Under the pieces are notes generated by a model. It did not search any database, was not told where the DNA came from, and was given only the letters and a program-made list of their open reading frames with translations. From Vermamoeba vermiformis (taxonomy: Eukaryota): a DNA stretch of 64,000 nt. The stretch covers positions 1-64,000 of the forward strand of contig JBEWZL010000276.1 in NCBI GenBank assembly GCA_045837725.1, given 5' to 3'. This document shows positions 24,926 to 39,685 of the stretch, piece after piece. The first letter of the stretch is position 1. The number at the start of each line of letters is the position of its first letter. The position numbers were made by a program, and so were the translations under genes.

Positions 24926-25410
24926 AGTGTATTTAATATTATTTACAGGTGTATTGTGTCAAAGTTTGTTGTAACAATTAAAAATGGAATTGAACGTTCA
25001 ACATTTGATTTATTCCTAATGAACCGGATCGGGAGAAGATGATTCAGTATCTATCATCATGACGTACATGATTCCATGGTATCATTCGGAAACGAAGAAT
25101 TTCGGAAGGTGCGGATGCACTTTTTTACGCAACGGCGAAACTCGAATGACTTACGGACGGCGGTCCGAGGACTTCTGGCACTCCGGAACGGAACGTACGT
25201 TAATAAATTATAAAAGTTTATATTTGACTATTTATGGCATAAGTATTCAATCTCGTTGTATCTCGTTTCACTTGTCAGCTCATTTAAGGAAAAGCGTAGG
25301 GCCAAAACATTTTTTTGCAAACGTTCACGAAGAGACGACCACAACTGACTATATTTAAGTCGTTCTTACTATTGTAAATATATTAAGAGTGAAGCGAGTT
25401 ACATAAGAAA

Positions 25411-28400
25411 ATGAGCTTCACTCGATCACAAAGCTCGATCACAGCTGGAACTAGCGCTGCGGCCGGTCGACCTCAATTAGTTCAACAGAAAGCATATTAC
25501 GGCGAATCATTCACATTTTGGAAGCAAAAAGAAGAAGGTAAAGACTAATTCGAATAATTTTCTTAGAGATGCAGCTGCTGACGATAGAATTATAGCCGCC
25601 ATGAATAATAAGAGCAAAACTTCTCCTCGAACTGCTAAGATTAGTAGAAGTGCTTCATCAACAAACAACGCATTAAAATTATCATTACCCACCACAAGCG
25701 AACCGAAAAGTGCGCCAGAGATCAAGGTTCTAGAGTCGCCCAAATCCGAAACAATTCAGTCACCAAAGTCTGAAGGAAATACTGGATTTTATCGCGCTCA
25801 ATCAATGCCAAGACAAGTTCGTTCAAAAAGTAAGTTCAATGAATACAATAATATTTTCGAATATTTGGATCCCTTCAGCCGGAATAGAATCATTTCGTTA
25901 TACCTCGAAAAATGCATCAAAAATTGGCCCGATAATATGATTACGATTTTACATATCTCACCGCCAATCACGAGTGAATTGTGGATCAAATCTCGAAACA
26001 ATTGCTGACGTTTAACTTTAGGTATGCACTCGGATGGCGATATCCCCGCTAAAAGATATAGCCTAAGTGCGCCCTCGCCACGCAAAGAAGGAATTGAAGT
26101 AATGGTGCAATACATTATCCAATCTGGTACGTTACGCGGGATCAAATCCGAAAGTCGAGCGGAAATTAATATCGACTTGCAATCATAGGAGAAACCCCGC
26201 AGAACATACTTAACCATTTATTGGAACCAAGACAAGAGCTATCATCCTCTTCTTCGAATTTACGAGCCAAGAAGTCCCGATCAACCTCATCTCTTTCAGA
26301 CATCGATAGACTTCGAGGAACAATTCATCAGAAGCTAGTATTAAGCGAAGATCAGAAGGAATACTTAATGCAGTTATTAGGTACGGTTTAATTTTCATTC
26401 GTTACACAACCTTAAAAAATTTAAATTTCCAAATTACGTAAAGGCAAATATATTCTACTGCCGTTCCTCTTACCTTATTATGGAATACTTAATTAAGGTT
26501 CAATAATGCAATTTATACTCGGTAAATTGCTGTCGGTTATTAATGGCGTAAACTTACATTTTACTTTTTTAGAATTGGGAAATCAGGAACTCCAACTGCT
26601 ATTTATCAAAACCTTCTTGAGCACGTTGCCTGTCGAGCCACAAGCCTGCATCAAGGCTATGATCACGTTGACGTCATATTTGATCCACGAATCCGCTCAA
26701 CCCGCCAACGAAACCTTGAGCCTGTTTTTCGGCTTTTTTGGAGACGTCCTATTTTCGAATATGGACAAACAGAAGTCACCGTATCTTAGCCTTACCATAC
26801 AGTTCTTTGATTTGGCCTCCCGATATGAAGCTCTAATTTTGGTACGTGCATTTTGAAACTGAAACTGAATTTTTAGGTCCCGTTTCAATTTCCTAACTTG
26901 GTCAATTCTATTTATAGGGTGAGGATCCGGAAGTTCGCTTCAGCCCTCGCAGCGTAGAGGACAAAAGCAATGTCTTATATAGTGCCTCTCCCGAGACCCT
27001 TCTGCGAGTTTTGTTGGATTCGAACTACAGTACGTGTCTTTAATTTATCCGTATTGAAACTAACTTGCCGCTCTAGTCTTCCACGACAGAAAATTTGCCC
27101 GCGTGTTTCTCTTAACGCACAAGTACTTCATCTCTAACGAAGATTTGGCGATTTCGTTTGTGGATTTGTAAGTACACGCGGTTAATTAATTGTTTTATAA
27201 TTAGTGCCCGACCACTTTATAGCTTTAATAACTTGGATTCGAATCTCGCTATGGAAGCGCAATTAAGATTGAAGATCTTACGTACTATGCACCAATGGCT
27301 TGATATTTGCGAGAACGCGATCCGAAGAGATGCATCTGCCGTGAAGGTGATTCAGGACTTTATCTCCGCCACGGAGACACGCATCCAGGCTGAAAAGACT
27401 CTCATTAAAGAATTGGAAGTTGTTCTGGACCGCCCGATGGTAAGTTGTCATATTCACGAAGTTTGCGGGATCCAATTCCAGCGGCTAAATCAGCACGCTA
27501 ATAATCTCTCCGTAGAACGTTCACTCTAAACGTCGCGCCACTATTTCAATGTCACAAGAGCGAATTGACTTAAGCCAATTTACTCCGCGTGAGTTCGCTG
27601 AACAATTGACACTGTTAGCTGTGGCAATGTAAGTTGTAGCTTAATATAGAGCTATCGCAAAATTAATACTAACCTTCGATACTAGGGTACGACACGTGCG
27701 CACAGAAGAGTTGTTGAGCGCCACGGACAGAGCTTTGTCGCCGAACTTTGATTGCCTTGTCACCAGATTCAACAACGTATGTATAATACCCTACAACGAT
27801 AATATGAGTTCTAACACACGCGCAGATTACCACTTGGATCGCCAAGGAGATCCTGATTAAATTCGGCCCTTCTGACCGAGTCAACATGCTGAGCTACTTC
27901 ATTCAAGCAGCTGAAGTACGTATTGAATGTCATTGACACTTACCAACTTGATATTAACAACGCGCTCATAGGTGTGCCGCAATAACCGCGACTACTTTAG
28001 CGCATATTCGATCTACTGTGCTTTGAACATGTTCTGCATCAGCCGATTAACTCAGACTTGGGATGTAAGTTCGCTCGTGTTTTCTTCGCTTTCTATTAGG
28101 TACTAACTAGCCATACAGAAACTGCCGAAGAAGGATGCCTCTCGCTTCAAGAAACTCGAGACTTTGTTCAATATGGACTTCAACTTCGCTGAATACCGCA
28201 AGACGGTCTCATCGACACGCTCCACTTCCATTCCCGTCATGGCAATTTTGACTAAGGACGTGATCAGGTTCGAAACTGATCCGACTACTGACGCCGTCGG
28301 TCACGTGGACGTGGACAAGCTGCGAAGAATCTACGACCTTGCTGAGAGCTTTGAAATGTGCAAGGAGTACAGCGTTAGCGAGTTGAAGAAGAACGACGAA

Positions 28401-28496
28401 CTCTACAGCTTCTTGAACGAATTGATTGTTTTCAACACTACTGAAGAATTGGAAACCATGTCGTTCTCTTTGCAAGCCCCTGCCGCTAAGAAGTAA
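25411..28496 (+). CDS. RasGEF (REM + CDC25 domain) protein, multi-exon; apparent frameshift near 25480
   Basis: VFLLTHKYF, LKILRTMHQWL, EFAEQLTL, ISRLTQTW, FNFAEYR and IPVMAILTKDV..VDVDKLR. Confidence 0.88.
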
Positions 28497-29036
28497 CGAG
28501 ATCTTGCTCGTATTGCGTTAGCGAAACTATTTATTTATTTAACCTTGTGAATACCGGTTCTTAATTTATTTGATTGTAGATACTATTGCTTTAAAACTTA
28601 CTTGTAAAATAAAATTTTGATTGTAAAGCAGATGGCGCCAAAAATTGTGTGACACGTTAACTGAAAGCTTACGTTGCTTCGTGAAGAGGATACAAAACCT
28701 GAAATTATTAGCACATGTTGCGAGTAAAATGATCAAGCTTTGATGGCGGCCCGACGGTTGCATCTAATGCACATCCGAAGCGTTTGCTCTTTTTTCAAAT
28801 AAGAATTCCCAGGCTGGAGTTCCGCATAGTGCCGCATAGTTCCATTGAATTGTATTGCATAACGGTTGTCGGGTTTGATTATTACGTCGGGTGGATGAAT
28901 GCGGGAATGATTCTGTTGGTCAGACCCTGACCACGATTCGGGCAGCAAAAACGGAAACAATGCCCGATTTCAGTTTGCGCTTCAGCTCTGCTGGACAATA
29001 CCTCTAACCTTTTTAAACTTTTTCTAGCTATCTACA

Positions 29037-30328
29037 ATGTCGTTGATTTCGGTCCCGAAAAGCTACGGTAACCAACAAAGCCACAAGGACGTTGAATCCC
29101 ACGTCGCCAAGTACAGAGATCTTCATGACGATAGCAAGCTCACCACCGAAGAGCGTAACAAGAACTACCAAGACGTCGTTGTTAACTACTACGACTTGGC
29201 CACCGACTTCTACGAGAAGGGTTGGGGTGAGCACTTCCCACTTCGCCAAGCAATTCAAGGGCGAGCCCTACACTGAAGCTCTTAAGCGTCAAGAGTTCTA
29301 CTTGGCCCTCCGAGCTCATATGAAGGAAGGCTCCAAGGTCCTCGATATTGGATGCGGTATTGGTGGTCCCATGAGAAATATTGCTAGATTCACTGGTAAA
29401 CGAGTCTAAAAATATTACAAAAATTATTGGGACAATTGATACTAACGTATAATATTTTAAAATAATATAGGCGCTCATATCACTGGTCTCAACTTGAACG
29501 CTTACCAAGTCAAGCGCGCTACTGAATTGAACGCCAAGGCTGGCTTGTCTCATTTGCTCACCGTCGTCCAAGTACGCATAATAATTCTAATTTTGATTCG
29601 TAAAAACAATGATCCCAGCGTTATTTTTGATTCGGATTAACTTGATCGCGATCTAATTTACGCAAATTAAGCTCAGATTTATTAACCGTTTGCCATTATT
29701 AGGGTGATTTCATGAAGATGCCCTTCGAGGACAACACCTTCGATATTTGCTACGAGATCGAAGCTACTGCCCACGCTCCCAGCAAGGTTGGCGTCTACTC
29801 TGAAGCCTACCGTGTGTTGAAACCTGGAGGTATCTTCGTTGGCTACGAGTGGGTCTTCACCAAGAACGTAAGTATTGAATTTCCGAATCGTAATCTGCTC
29901 AAGTAACTAACGATCAAATCTGATTCATGAAGTACGATCCCAACTCTGAGCAACACAAGTACATCAAGAAGGCTATCGAAGAAGGTGATGGCTTGCCCGA
30001 TATTGCTCACATTAACGATATTCCTGTTGCTTTGAAGGAATCTGGATTTGTTGATGTCGAAGTTCGCGATGTTGCCGAAGAGGCTCAAGTTCCTTGGGAG
30101 GATCCTCTTACTCCTAAGTACACTTTGAGCAACTGGCAATTGACTCCTGTTGGCAAGAAGCTCATCGAATTGGCTTTGATCGCCGCCGAAAAGGTCAAGT
30201 TGGCTCCCAAGGGTACTTTGGGCGTTCAAAACATGCTTTTGCGTGCCCAAGAAGGTCTTTACTTGGGTGGCAAGCTCAAGGTGTTCACTCCTATGGCCTT
30301 CCACTATGGCAAGAAGCCCGAAGCTTAA
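29037..30328 (+). CDS. ERG6: Sterol 24-C-methyltransferase; apparent +1 frameshift near 29237
   Basis: [17 protein letters not shown](H)[45 protein letters not shown]. Confidence 0.96.
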
Positions 30329-30730
30329 ATAACGACGATGTAACATAGCAGCGAAAAATTAATAAAAAATTTTGCACTCTAATTAGCGGTACTGCCATCA
30401 ACAATGAATTTGTTTAAATCATGTTGCGAATTCGAGCGGACGTCGAGACTGGGCGGTTGGAAATCTGGAAAATTTTCGATCAAGATCGGTATAAATGTGG
30501 TGGGGCAACGTTAATTGTAACGCGTAGGTAGATTTCTTAATGTCTGATAGTAATGTTCAAAAGTACGATCCTCGCGAAAGTTCATTGCTTTCGGTCCGCG
30601 ACCACATCCGTACTTTGAAAAATGAATGCTCTTTGACCTCAAGCCACAACACGAAGTCAATAAGCGTTAACATAGTGCCCTATACAACCTTGTCGAAACG
30701 TGTTTTATTCGGCCAAATGCAGCAGTCTCA

Positions 30731-33410
30731 CTATTGCTTTTCTATTTGGTTACAAATGTCCAGCGCTTCTTCGTACGTTATTTTATGCTTTGGTTTGATG
30801 TTTTGCATGAATTCTTCTCTGCTAGGCATGTTCAACGCCCTAAAGGCACTTAAAAATTTCAGCGCGACAACATTTCTGGTCTTCAATGCCTCAATTGTCA
30901 AGGTTGGTCCGAGTCGCACTAGGCCGTCACAGTCCATTGCTAGCACTTTCAGTTTCGCCAAGTTTGTTTCGTATTTCATCAAAAACTTGAAAAATTTGTC
31001 CATTTCCAGCGAATTTGGTATTGACTTGCCAATTATGTCTATTATCCAATCCTTTGTACGACGGAAATATTTGTAGTCGAATGTTGCCGAAGCTTGTCGC
31101 GCAATGGATGTAAGGCACCTAGGGTTCAATATGTTGAAATCGCTAGCTGCAAATTGCAAGATCCATGGCTGAGCTCGGAGAATTTTTTTGTCAAAGTAAT
31201 GATCGATACGTATCGGATAAAGTGTAGCAAATAAATTGGCTAAGGTTAACGCACTAGGTTCGTCAAGGTATCCAACGATCAATTGGATCAATTCTTTTGG
31301 GAGATTTCGCAATCCGATCGATTCACCGTCCGCTTTCTTCCAGGCCAATAAAACTGCCATTTTTGTATCTGAGATGTATCTTTGCTGCCTGCAAATATCA
31401 CCGAACTTTTCAAAAATGAATATCCACACTTTGTAAATATCAAAATTGCTGTTCGGTAACACGCTAAACGCTGCTTTCCTATTGGTCAGTATTGCTCTTG
31501 TCGCGAATTGTTCCAATAAATTAATGGAAATTGTGGCACGTTTTTCAATGACTCTTCGAACTACTTCAAAGTGCTTTTCGGGCAGATCTGTCCTCTCCCA
31601 GTCAAAATACACACTACAAATAATATTAATAAGACACAATACATACATAATAGACTTATTTTACTTCTGCGATTGGAATTTTCGCAAAGAAAAAAAAATC
31701 GTTTTGGATCCGCTACTATCCGTCACTTTTTCTTATGATAGCCGACATCAAAAGTATAAATAATTAATGTAATAAAGTTTTAACCGACACCTATAATACG
31801 ATTATACTATATTTGTCGGGTAATATTAATCAGGTGCATTAAATAGTCGACCAAAAGTTAGCGGATTGAATTTTAGATAGTTTTTGAAACAACGAAGAAA
31901 ATTCAAAGTACTTACAACTCATATGTCGTCAATTCGAATAACCATTCTACGATATCATCGAGTATGTCATCAACAACGGTCAAATACTCCAGTAGCGGGT
32001 TGGGCTGGTTGATGGTTGATTGCGAATGTGCAAAACTTCTTCGATACCTCGTAATTTCTCTCCAATTATATTCTTCGAAAGTATTAGCGGATTAACTAAG
32101 TATTTTTAGGTCTCTTACTGTGAATTCTTTGCAATTCTTTCATAGCCTCGAGATCTTGTTTGGCCAAGCGGAGATAAAATTCATAAAGTTCTAGGCGTTG
32201 AATAGGCTTATTGTTCTCTAATCCGTATCTCGGCAATCGAGATTTAGTCGATTCAGTGAACGGCTTTCTTCCACCTGGATTTTGATGGTAAAATAACCGC
32301 GAGCCGTAAAATATGACAATAAAACAGTCTGTTGCCTCTGTCCCTATAAAAACCATTGTTAGTTACATATTATACTTATATTGCTATATTTGGTCCCTAC
32401 TTCGGAACTCTTGGGTAATTTGAGTTCGATCCAAACCGCCGTAGAACCAAGGTTGTCGTTCAATAGGCAATTGCAACAATTCTTTTGTGACAAGTATGCC
32501 ATTTTCAGGCACAATGTTTCGTGGCGCTAATATTTCATGAATGGGTGTTTCACTGAATTCAGCACAAACGATACGTACCTCGGTTAAGCAGGCTTTCCAA
32601 AGCAATTTCAGCTGTATATCTCATTGGTTCATATACTCGTCTATATAGGTCATTCAAGAAACTGTGGATTCGAATAAAATTTAACTTCGTTTCTGGATCC
32701 GATATCGCTTGACTGACGGATGTGGCATCAGTTGGTTCTAGCTCGACATAAACAAACAAACGATTGTATAATATGACTTGTTTGTCTATCCATCTGTTCG
32801 TGTGCGCTATTTTCATAGCGTTAATGTATTGTCTTGGTCGAAAAAAAGGAAATGAAAATCTATAGATTTCTTCGTGATCTGATCCTTTTGGACAGTTGGT
32901 TGCTTGAACATAATCCAAATACGATCTAAGAAATTCTACAGGTGCATGTTGAGTAACATATTCAATTAAACTATTGAGAAGCCTGGCGCTTTCGCACTTC
33001 GAGAAATATTTGACGAGCAGATCGGCAACTAAAAATTAAATTGGTATTATTGTCAATTTTATCTTCCAATTATTAAATAAAATTACTTACATTGCCTAAA
33101 ATTGTCGAATTTATTCTTTAAAATGAAGTAGCGTAGCGTGTTGCTGACAAATCGAATTCTTTCTAATATTGAATAAAAAATTAAATCACAGAAAAATACG
33201 AGAATGATTTGATTTACCTCTAACATATCTATTACACAGTTTAACTAATATTTCGTCGCTTAAATAATTTTTGCAAGCCTTTGAAGCGAGAGACAAATTC
33301 GAAATTGCTTTGAAGACTTCATAACTTCCTTTTGCTCGCTTTAATCGTGAACAAACGATCGTAATTACATTTAATATTTGTGTTTCTGCCATGAAGCGCT
33401 GTTCACTCAT
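30731..33410 (-). CDS. Orphan protein, tandem paralog A (SH2-like and F-box-like motifs)
   Basis: Spliceable ORFs collinear with paralog B; LPIERQPWFYGGLDR, LRNLPKELIQLIVGYLD and KPKHKITYEEAL. Confidence 0.7.
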
Positions 33411-33600
33411 TCGCAACTCAAAACTGAATAAATATTTAGCTAGCTGAAAAAAATACTTGGACCGACGAACCCAAATTAGTATTTATTCGGCTTTTACGGT
33501 ATAAAATTCAAAATTGGAGGCATTTTATTAGATAAGAACTTGATTATTCTAACAGATCCAACAGAATCAAGGTGTTTTTTAGGCTTTCTTGGCGTTGTTC

Positions 33601-35965
33601 TCACTCAGTCGATTTAGCTGCAGTTTCTCGACTCCGTTTAATATCATCAACCAGTTCTAAGGCCTCTTCATACGTAATATTATGCTTCGGTTTGATATTC
33701 GCTGCAAAATATTCACGTGATGGCATTACAAATCTGCCTAAGCCAATCAAAAACTCTAGAGCTGGTCTATTCCTGGTCTTAAATGCTTCAATAGCTAAAA
33801 TATCTGGCCGCGTCATAATAACTGGACCTTTTTCTAGGCTTGGTGTGCCGTATTTGAAAGTTGCTTTCACTAGCTTCCCTATAATAGTATTCGGGAAATC
33901 ATTCAAGTGCTTTCGGTAAAATTTCATGGTTTGGGTTGCTAAGTTAGTTCTGGCGTAGTGTTGAACGTCCCAACATATCTTGTCCGTGTGATCGTAGTAA
34001 AATTTCACGCTCCAATCGTTGTTTTCAAACCATTCTTTTGTCATTTTGTAGTTAATTACTCGTGAGGGACTCTTTTTCGCCAAAATATTCGCAAAAGTGC
34101 AAACTAACGGAGGTTCGTTCATAAACTCGACGATTGTTTTCACAATCTCCTTTGGGAGATTTCTAAATCCTATAGAGTCTCCTTCCGCATGTCTCCAAGC
34201 CAATAAAGTCATGATTTTTTGTTCGGAGATGATTCGTTGTTCTTTGCAAAGTTTTTGATAATGGTCAAAAACAAAGTTCCAAATCATGCTACTGCTTGAA
34301 TCATCCCAGCAGTCCGCTAACTGTTCCATTTGCAATTTCGAACTCGGGACATCGGATTCGATGATTTGAGTTATTAGATTTCCGCTCATTCTCGGTTTCA
34401 ACGGAATTAATCTCCGAATGAATCTCAAATGGCCTTTCGGAATTGAGGTTCTCTCCCAATATAGTTTGATACTATGAAAATAATGTTATTAGTAAAAGAA
34501 CCAAAAGAATATTGATTAAATGAAACGTACTTGGATGGACCGAACTTTTCTAGCAGCCAATCAAAAACATCTTCGCGGATGTGATCAACTTTGTTCAAAT
34601 ATTCCGTTATCGGATGCGGCTGCCGCATTGTCAATTCCCAATCCAAGACTAGAATAAACATTATTAAACAAACGATAAAAAAATTAGTATGCATACCATT
34701 GTTCGCTGCAATTGTTTTCATCTTCTCAAAGTCATTGGCCACAAGACTACGATAGAATTCATACAGATGAAGATCGATCGGACCGTTCTTGCTCTTCAAA
34801 CCATAGTTCGGCAGGAATTTCTTGATCGAATCTTCGTACACTCCTTCTTTTTTCAATTGGAATTGGTCGCTAATAAGCGATGCGCCGTAGAATGTCACAA
34901 CGAAACAATTTTGTGATGCCGGATCTGCAAAAAAAGAAAATTTTGAGCCGATTGCGGGATAATAGAAGGCCTAACTGACCTTCAAACATTTTTCGAATAT
35001 CAGCTCTCGACAAATTTCCGTGAAACCAGGGCTGTTGTTCGATGGGCAATGCAAATAGCTCTTTTGTCGTTTTAACGGCGTTCTTTGGCAACACTATAAT
35101 ATTCCATTATTACCAAATAAGGAATAAAATCTTTATCTTACCGTGAGTTAAACTTTCAAAGACGAACAACGCGCCTCTGCCATCAACGAGCCTTCTCTTG
35201 TACAAGTTCATAAAATGATGCATTAACCATTCAAAGTTGAGCTTAGTCTTGTTCGCAATAGCCGATTTAACTTTAGCAATCATATCTTGAACTTTATCCG
35301 TGTTGTTCAAGCCTGCCACAATACGCAGTCAAATGGAACAGAAAATCAGTTTTCTCGACCCATTTGTTGTCATTGGCCAGTTTAAAGGCTTTGATTAATA
35401 TCTTTGGATGAAATCCTTTGAATCTATCATTAACATTTCCGTGCGTGAAGTAATTCGCTAAAGTAGTCGTATGAAGTTGACGAGTGTAAAAATAATCGAC
35501 ATAGTCTTTCAAGAATTGAAGTGAGGCGTGCTGTGTGACATACGGAAGCAAACTATTTATAGTAAATAGGGCCTCATTGCGGGGCAGGTGAAAGACAATC
35601 AGATCCGCAACTAAACTAAAATTAGTTTTCGTGAACATTCATGAATTGACTACTTACGTATTTCAAAATTACCAAAATCATTATTACGAATGAAATATTT
35701 GAGTCTGTTGGTCGCAAATAGGGTTCGTGCTGCAATAAAAAATAAATTAAATATTTAATTATTTTAACTCATTATGCGTACCTCTCAGGAACTTAAAACA
35801 CATTTGAATAATTATTTCGTCGGTAAGACATGATTTTAAGGTTTTTGAAGCGATTGACAAGCTGATCAGACCTTTGAGAACATCCAAACTGTCTTTCGGT
35901 TGTCGAGACAGCTTTACTGCCAGAAATACCGCGTCCAATAGGTTCAAATATTGTTTTTGTTCCAT
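33601..35965 (-). CDS. Orphan protein, tandem paralog B; apparent frameshift near 34428
   Basis: LPIEQQPWFHGNLSR, FRNLPKEIVKTIVEFMN and KPKHNITYEEAL; similar exon order to paralog A. Confidence 0.7.
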
Positions 35966-36214
35966 TGTTACTCGATCACGATAACATAAAATAAACGGAG
36001 ATAACGCGGTGGGTAAATTTAGATGATTTTGATTATTGGAATTTCTACGAATTTCCTAACGTTGTAACGCTACATTTATTTGACTACAATACAGGTGCTA
36101 CAATCGTTAATGTTATGCGCTGTTGATTAACTTACAAGAAATACATTTATAAAAATAACAACTGGTGCTGATCGATAATAAATAAGAGGAGCTAGTTAGT
36201 TGTATTCAGGCAAT

Positions 36215-39200
36215 CTATAGCTTCTTTGAGTCTCGCTTCTCCTTCTTGTCCTTGTCCTTATTCTTATCCTTCTTATCTTTATCAGTTTTGTTCGAGTTGC
36301 TCGACAATTTCAAATTCGGGGTGGATGGCGTTCGATCGGTTGGGCCAACTCCAACAGGAAGTGTTGATTTGCGGCCTTGAGCGCGTCCAATGCTCACAGG
36401 CTCATCGTGGTGAATAATAACCGAGCCGTTGCTCATATCACGACGATGATCCGCTGAATCTTCTCGCAGATGCGAACTCGAGTTGTTGTTAACACCAGTT
36501 CTGTGGCCTTCAAATAGACCTTGCAAAGTTCCTCGTTTGTTGGACTGTTGCTCGTAGCGTTTGAACGTCCAGCCAACGAAAGGCAAGTGCTTATCGTCAA
36601 TATTCTTCAACAGCTGCTTGAACTCGCCTTGGCAGAACTGATCCCAAATCACCGGATCGTCATCAAGTTCCTATAATCGTACATTAGTAACCTGTATATA
36701 CGATATTATATATTAAGTGTAAGCAAAGCCAAATTAGGTTTCTCGTAAAGATCCAGTACGGTTCGATCGAACATCACTTTTGTACTAATGAGACTGTACA
36801 ATTCTTATTATCATATAGCTCGATACTTACATCAAAGTTGCGGCAGTCAGTAGGACCATCGAGTTCGGGGACCCAAGGTGCTTTCATCTTACGCAAGTTC
36901 TTCCAATCAATTCCTCTGAAGAACGGATGTGTAATGATTTTGTCGTACGACCATCGTCTCTCTGGCTCGCACATCAACCTATTTAATATAACAGTATTGG
37001 TATGGCGATAAGACTCGAGCTTAGTAGATTTTCAATGTCTGATCCAAACGAATCTGTCGTTACACGAGTAATGTGTGCAATCAAAAATGATATTCTCACT
37101 AAATTATTTTGGAACATTGTATATAGTGCCATTATAGACGTAGGTTAGCGCAAAATATAGATTTAAAAACGAGATCGTTCGCGGATCGAATTTTAAATTG
37201 ACTACTGGTGGCTTAGTACTTACTTTTTCAACAAATCAATGGCTTCAGGCGACAAGTTAGCGTCTTTAGGGAACTCGAGCGTGTTCTTCCAATCGAGAAT
37301 CATCAAACAAGTCTCAGTCGTATCTTCACAACTGAATGGCGCGTAACCGACGAGACACTCGTACATGATCACACCGACTGACCACCAGTCAACTTCTTTG
37401 CCGTAGCCGCGCTCCATCAAGATCTCTGGCGCCATGTAGTTAGAAGTACCGACTGTGGAGTACGCCTGCATTGTAATGAATTAAAATCGGATCACACGTG
37501 ACATTAGCATAGTTAAGAAACTTTAACACTATCTGTAAGCACTAGTGCGCTAGTTAGATTTAATAGCAACGATTTCTGATTAATTAATTCGCTAAAAATT
37601 CAACAACCAAAAAAAAACATGTTTTTGCAGCTGAAACGTAAGTCGAACATTAAAAAATTGAGATTAATTGGATTTGAGCCAATATAGTTCCTTGGGTATA
37701 TATAATAAATTTTGGTATATTTTCCGTAATAATAAATGAATTAAATTCAATCGCACGTCAGTTACGTACCACAGTTCTGCGCATCTTTTTCCACGAGCTG
37801 ACACGATTCAAATGACCGCGCACGGAAGTTCTGTGCTCGAGCATGCGTTCTTGTTGCTGCTTTGAGGCCTGCGAGAGATCTTTGGGCACTGTGGTCTGAT
37901 AGAACGAACTCAAATGTGACTCGTGGCCACTGGTACACAAACCAAAGTCTGACAACTTCAAGTGACCGTCTGTCGCAATCAACATGTTGTCTGGCTTCAA
38001 ATCTCTGCAAAGTAACGAAATTAGCATTAGTTAGAACAATACTACTGAGAATTAATAACCATCTGCAGATTTCAAGACGACAAGTTTATAATTAGTATTT
38101 GCAGTAATGTATTGTAGCGAGAATATTAACATAAGTAAATTAATTAATATATTGCACCCGTTTCTCCTCTCAAATTAAGCTTTGCAAAAATTCTAGTGTG
38201 TGCTTATTTTTCGTTAATGATCGTCAAATTGATAATCATAGCAAAAAATTAATAATAAATATTATATGGATGCCTAATATCATAAAATTCGCTAAAATTA
38301 CTTCAACAGCTATTTTTCTCCGTCAAAAAACGAATTAAGTAACGCGACTAAATTAGAACACGAGCAAATAAGCTAATATGGTATTAAATAGCGTACCTAT
38401 GAATATAGCCCTTAGAGTGCACATGCTGCACGGCTTGAATCACTTCGGCCATATAAAATCGAGTCTCATCTTCGGTCAAAATATCTTTTTTGATCAGTAA
38501 GCTCATAAAATCGCCGCCGTTAAGGAATTCCATCACGAAATATAAGAAAAGTTCGTCCTATATTAATATTGAGCCATTAATTCGCTATTTAAAAAATTCA
38601 GATCCGATCTTTAACGTACCTGGAAGGAAAAATATAAGGCCACGATTCCTGGATCATTATGCTCGACCATAGCATCACGTTCGGCTCTGGCATGACCAAG
38701 CTAATTTTAAAATCGTTAATAAATGCAATTTGGCGTTAAAAACACAAATTGACATCCCGATCGGCAAAATCAATTTACATTACCTGATTTTTCTCGATCA
38801 TAAAATCCTTATTCATAATCTTCATAGCATAATATTCTCCTGTTTCTTTCAAGCGAACCAAGCGGACCTATAATTAGATTATTAAATAAGTTAATTTTTA
38901 TATTGTTGGATTCCGTGTTGTCGATTAAATCTTCCTACCTCACCAAAAGCACCGCGTCCTACTAATTTAACATTCTCGAAATCTTTCACTGCGATCTTCT
39001 TTCTCGCAAGACGTGAGTTTTCAACAGATATCTTTTGGATTTCTTTTTCTTTTTCTTTTCGTGCTTTAGCATCTAATCCCTTTAAATCTGTATCGATTTC
39101 TTTTTTTCTAAATAATATTTGCAAATGTTAGAATAATATTCGAATTTGATAATTTTCAATCTGGGTCAAAAATTAAATTCGCTTAGAAATAAAGACTTAA

Positions 39201-39309
39201 CGTACCTTTCCTGTCTTTCACGTGTTTTCTCTAATAAATTAGAATAATATTGATCAATATACAGCTTGGCAGCTTTAGATCGGTCAATTCCGACTGTGGT
39301 TTCCGACAT
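36215..39309 (-). CDS. NDR/LATS-family AGC Ser/Thr kinase, multi-exon
   Basis: [55 protein letters not shown], and hydrophobic motif FVGWTFKR. Confidence 0.95.
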
Positions 39310-39685
39310 CGTTTAAAAGTTGCAGTTGGATCTTGCTAAAAACAATACGACGAGTTACAACGGTGAATAAACCGAGTGAGCTAACTGTTGTGTTGCTTAC
39401 AGCTTCGATCGTTAAAAAAATTGCATCAATATTTTGTCCGCATTTTGGATGCGTAAAAAAATCTCTTGTGGAACTCGGTTTGACAGCTTTGCAAAGTCAT
39501 GATACTAGCAATACATTAATATACAAGAATGCTACTATTCTTATGGTTATAATCAAGCGCCCATTGCAGCAAAATTGATTTTCCGTTCACAGATCTGCAT
39601 CTCGCATGACGAGATTGAAGAAGATTCGCAAAGTGATTCAATTGCGTTGTTATTTACACGAGATTTATGTTATAATACTACACGT

